This document shows, in pieces, positions 25,798 through 26,416 of a stretch of DNA of 26,416 bases. Source of the DNA: Omnitrophica WOR_2 bacterium RIFCSPLOWO2_12_FULL_46_30 (GTDB lineage: Bacteria > Omnitrophota > Gorgyraeia > Gygaellales > UBA12090); NCBI GenBank assembly GCA_001805845.1, contig MHHA01000024.1, positions 1 through 26,416 on the forward strand. The letters run 5' to 3'. Under the pieces are notes generated by a model. It was not told where the DNA came from. It searched no databases and was given only the letters and a program-made list of their open reading frames with translations. The first letter of the stretch is position 1. The number at the start of each line of letters is the position of its first letter. A program made the position numbers and the translations under genes.

Positions 25798-26324
25798 TTT
25801 AAATCCTTTTTTATTCTGGAATAAGCAAAATTTCTGCGCACCCTGCCCTTGGTTCTTTCTATCTTGTTTTTTAAGTACTGGTGGTCTGCGCTGTTGAGGC
25901 GGCCTGCAAAAATTATATCTTTAATAGTGGTCCATTCGTTTATCAAAGGCTCCAGGCCTTTTGCCTTTTCTTCATTAAGCAGTCCCCGCATCTTCATTAA
26001 GCTATCCAATGCTTCATAGGCGCATTCTCTCTGTTTTTTAAAATTGGCCTTCTCATTTAAGAATTCCATAAGCTCAGCGCTCCATCCCTCCCAGAAAGTA
26101 AAATAATCCTTATAGAGCTCATCCTTAGCTGCCGCAGCCTCAGGATAAACCTCAGGTTGAATTACCGGCTCTTCTTTCTTTGGCTCTCCCTTTGGCTTGC
26201 GGGTGAATTTACGCACGAAGGCAGCGCAGCCAATTAAAGTAAAGAGAAAAGAGCAGCTAACAGACACTCCAATAATCTGCGTCCATCTATGTTTTATTTT
26301 AGCTGCGTTTAGCTGCGTTTTCAT
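25794..26324 (-). CDS. Hypothetical lipoprotein
   Basis: Hydrophobic stretch ending in lipobox LIG-C (Cys33); helical, charged mature part; ATGA overlaps with both neighbours. Confidence 0.75.
   Translation of the reverse strand: MKTQLNAAKIKHRWTQIIGVSVSCSFLFTLIGCAAFVRKFTRKPKGEPKKEEPVIQPEVYPEAAAAKDELYKDYFTFWEGWSAELMEFLNEKANFKKQRECAYEALDSLMKMRGLLNEEKAKGLEPLINEWTTIKDIIFAGRLNSADHQYLKNKIERTKGRVRRNFAYSRIKKDLK
26275..26320. repeat. 10-bp-period ATCTGCGT/AGCTGCGT repeats encoding the lipoprotein N-terminus
   Basis: AGCTGCGTTT twice (26301-26320) and the degenerate units ATCTGCGTCC ATCTATGTTT (26275-26294). Confidence 0.6.
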
Positions 26325-26416
26325 CTAATCATCTCCATAAATTCTTTCTCATCAATAATCTTGACGCCCAATTTCTTTGCCCGCTCATACTTTGAGCCGG
26401 GATTTCTACCCGCTAC
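26321..26416 (-). CDS. ligA: NAD-dependent DNA ligase, C-terminal BRCT end (partial)
   Basis: Manual translation VAGRNPGSKYERAKKLGVKIIDEKEFMEMIR-stop matches the LigA BRCT terminus pattern (GxxPGSKxxKAxxLGVxIIxE). Confidence 0.85.
   Translation of the reverse strand, partial: VAGRNPGSKYERAKKLGVKIIDEKEFMEMIR

Noticed and set aside
26391-26416. GAGCCGGGATTTCTACCCGCTAC resembles part of the 15240-15357 element
   Set aside because: It translates as the conserved LigA BRCT motif (VAGRNPGSK), so the similarity is coincidental.

Overview
A mostly housekeeping bacterial window with almost all genes on the minus strand. Positions 1-17.2 kb hold a near-complete division/cell-wall (dcw) operon: mraZ-rsmH-ftsL-like-ftsI-murE-murF-mraY-murD-ftsW-murG-[secreted HEXXH peptidase]-murC-murB-ddl-ftsQ-ftsA (ftsA truncated by the window edge). 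Positions 20-26.4 kb hold a tightly coupled run: ligA (3' end only)-lipoprotein-MBL hydrolase-xerD-tRNA nucleotidyltransferase-rbfA-nrnA(DHH)-truB-ribF. Between them lies the only credible plus-strand gene, an 837-aa Amt ammonium-transporter/HAMP-like/PAS/histidine-kinase fusion with its own strong sigma70 promoter and no neighbouring response regulator or GlnK. Most notable points: (1) this orphan ammonium 'transceptor' kinase; (2) several families of short palindromic or tandem repeat elements at gene junctions or in frame inside core genes (murE, cca, ddl, murD, lipoprotein), three of which can be excised on paper to restore a normal gene or junction; (3) a translationally coupled secreted Zn-peptidase inside the dcw operon; (4) an FtsA with degenerate ATP-binding motifs. 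Gene style and repeat types are reminiscent of Ca. Omnitrophota, but this is an unverified inference. No rRNA, tRNA, CRISPR array or transposase was seen.
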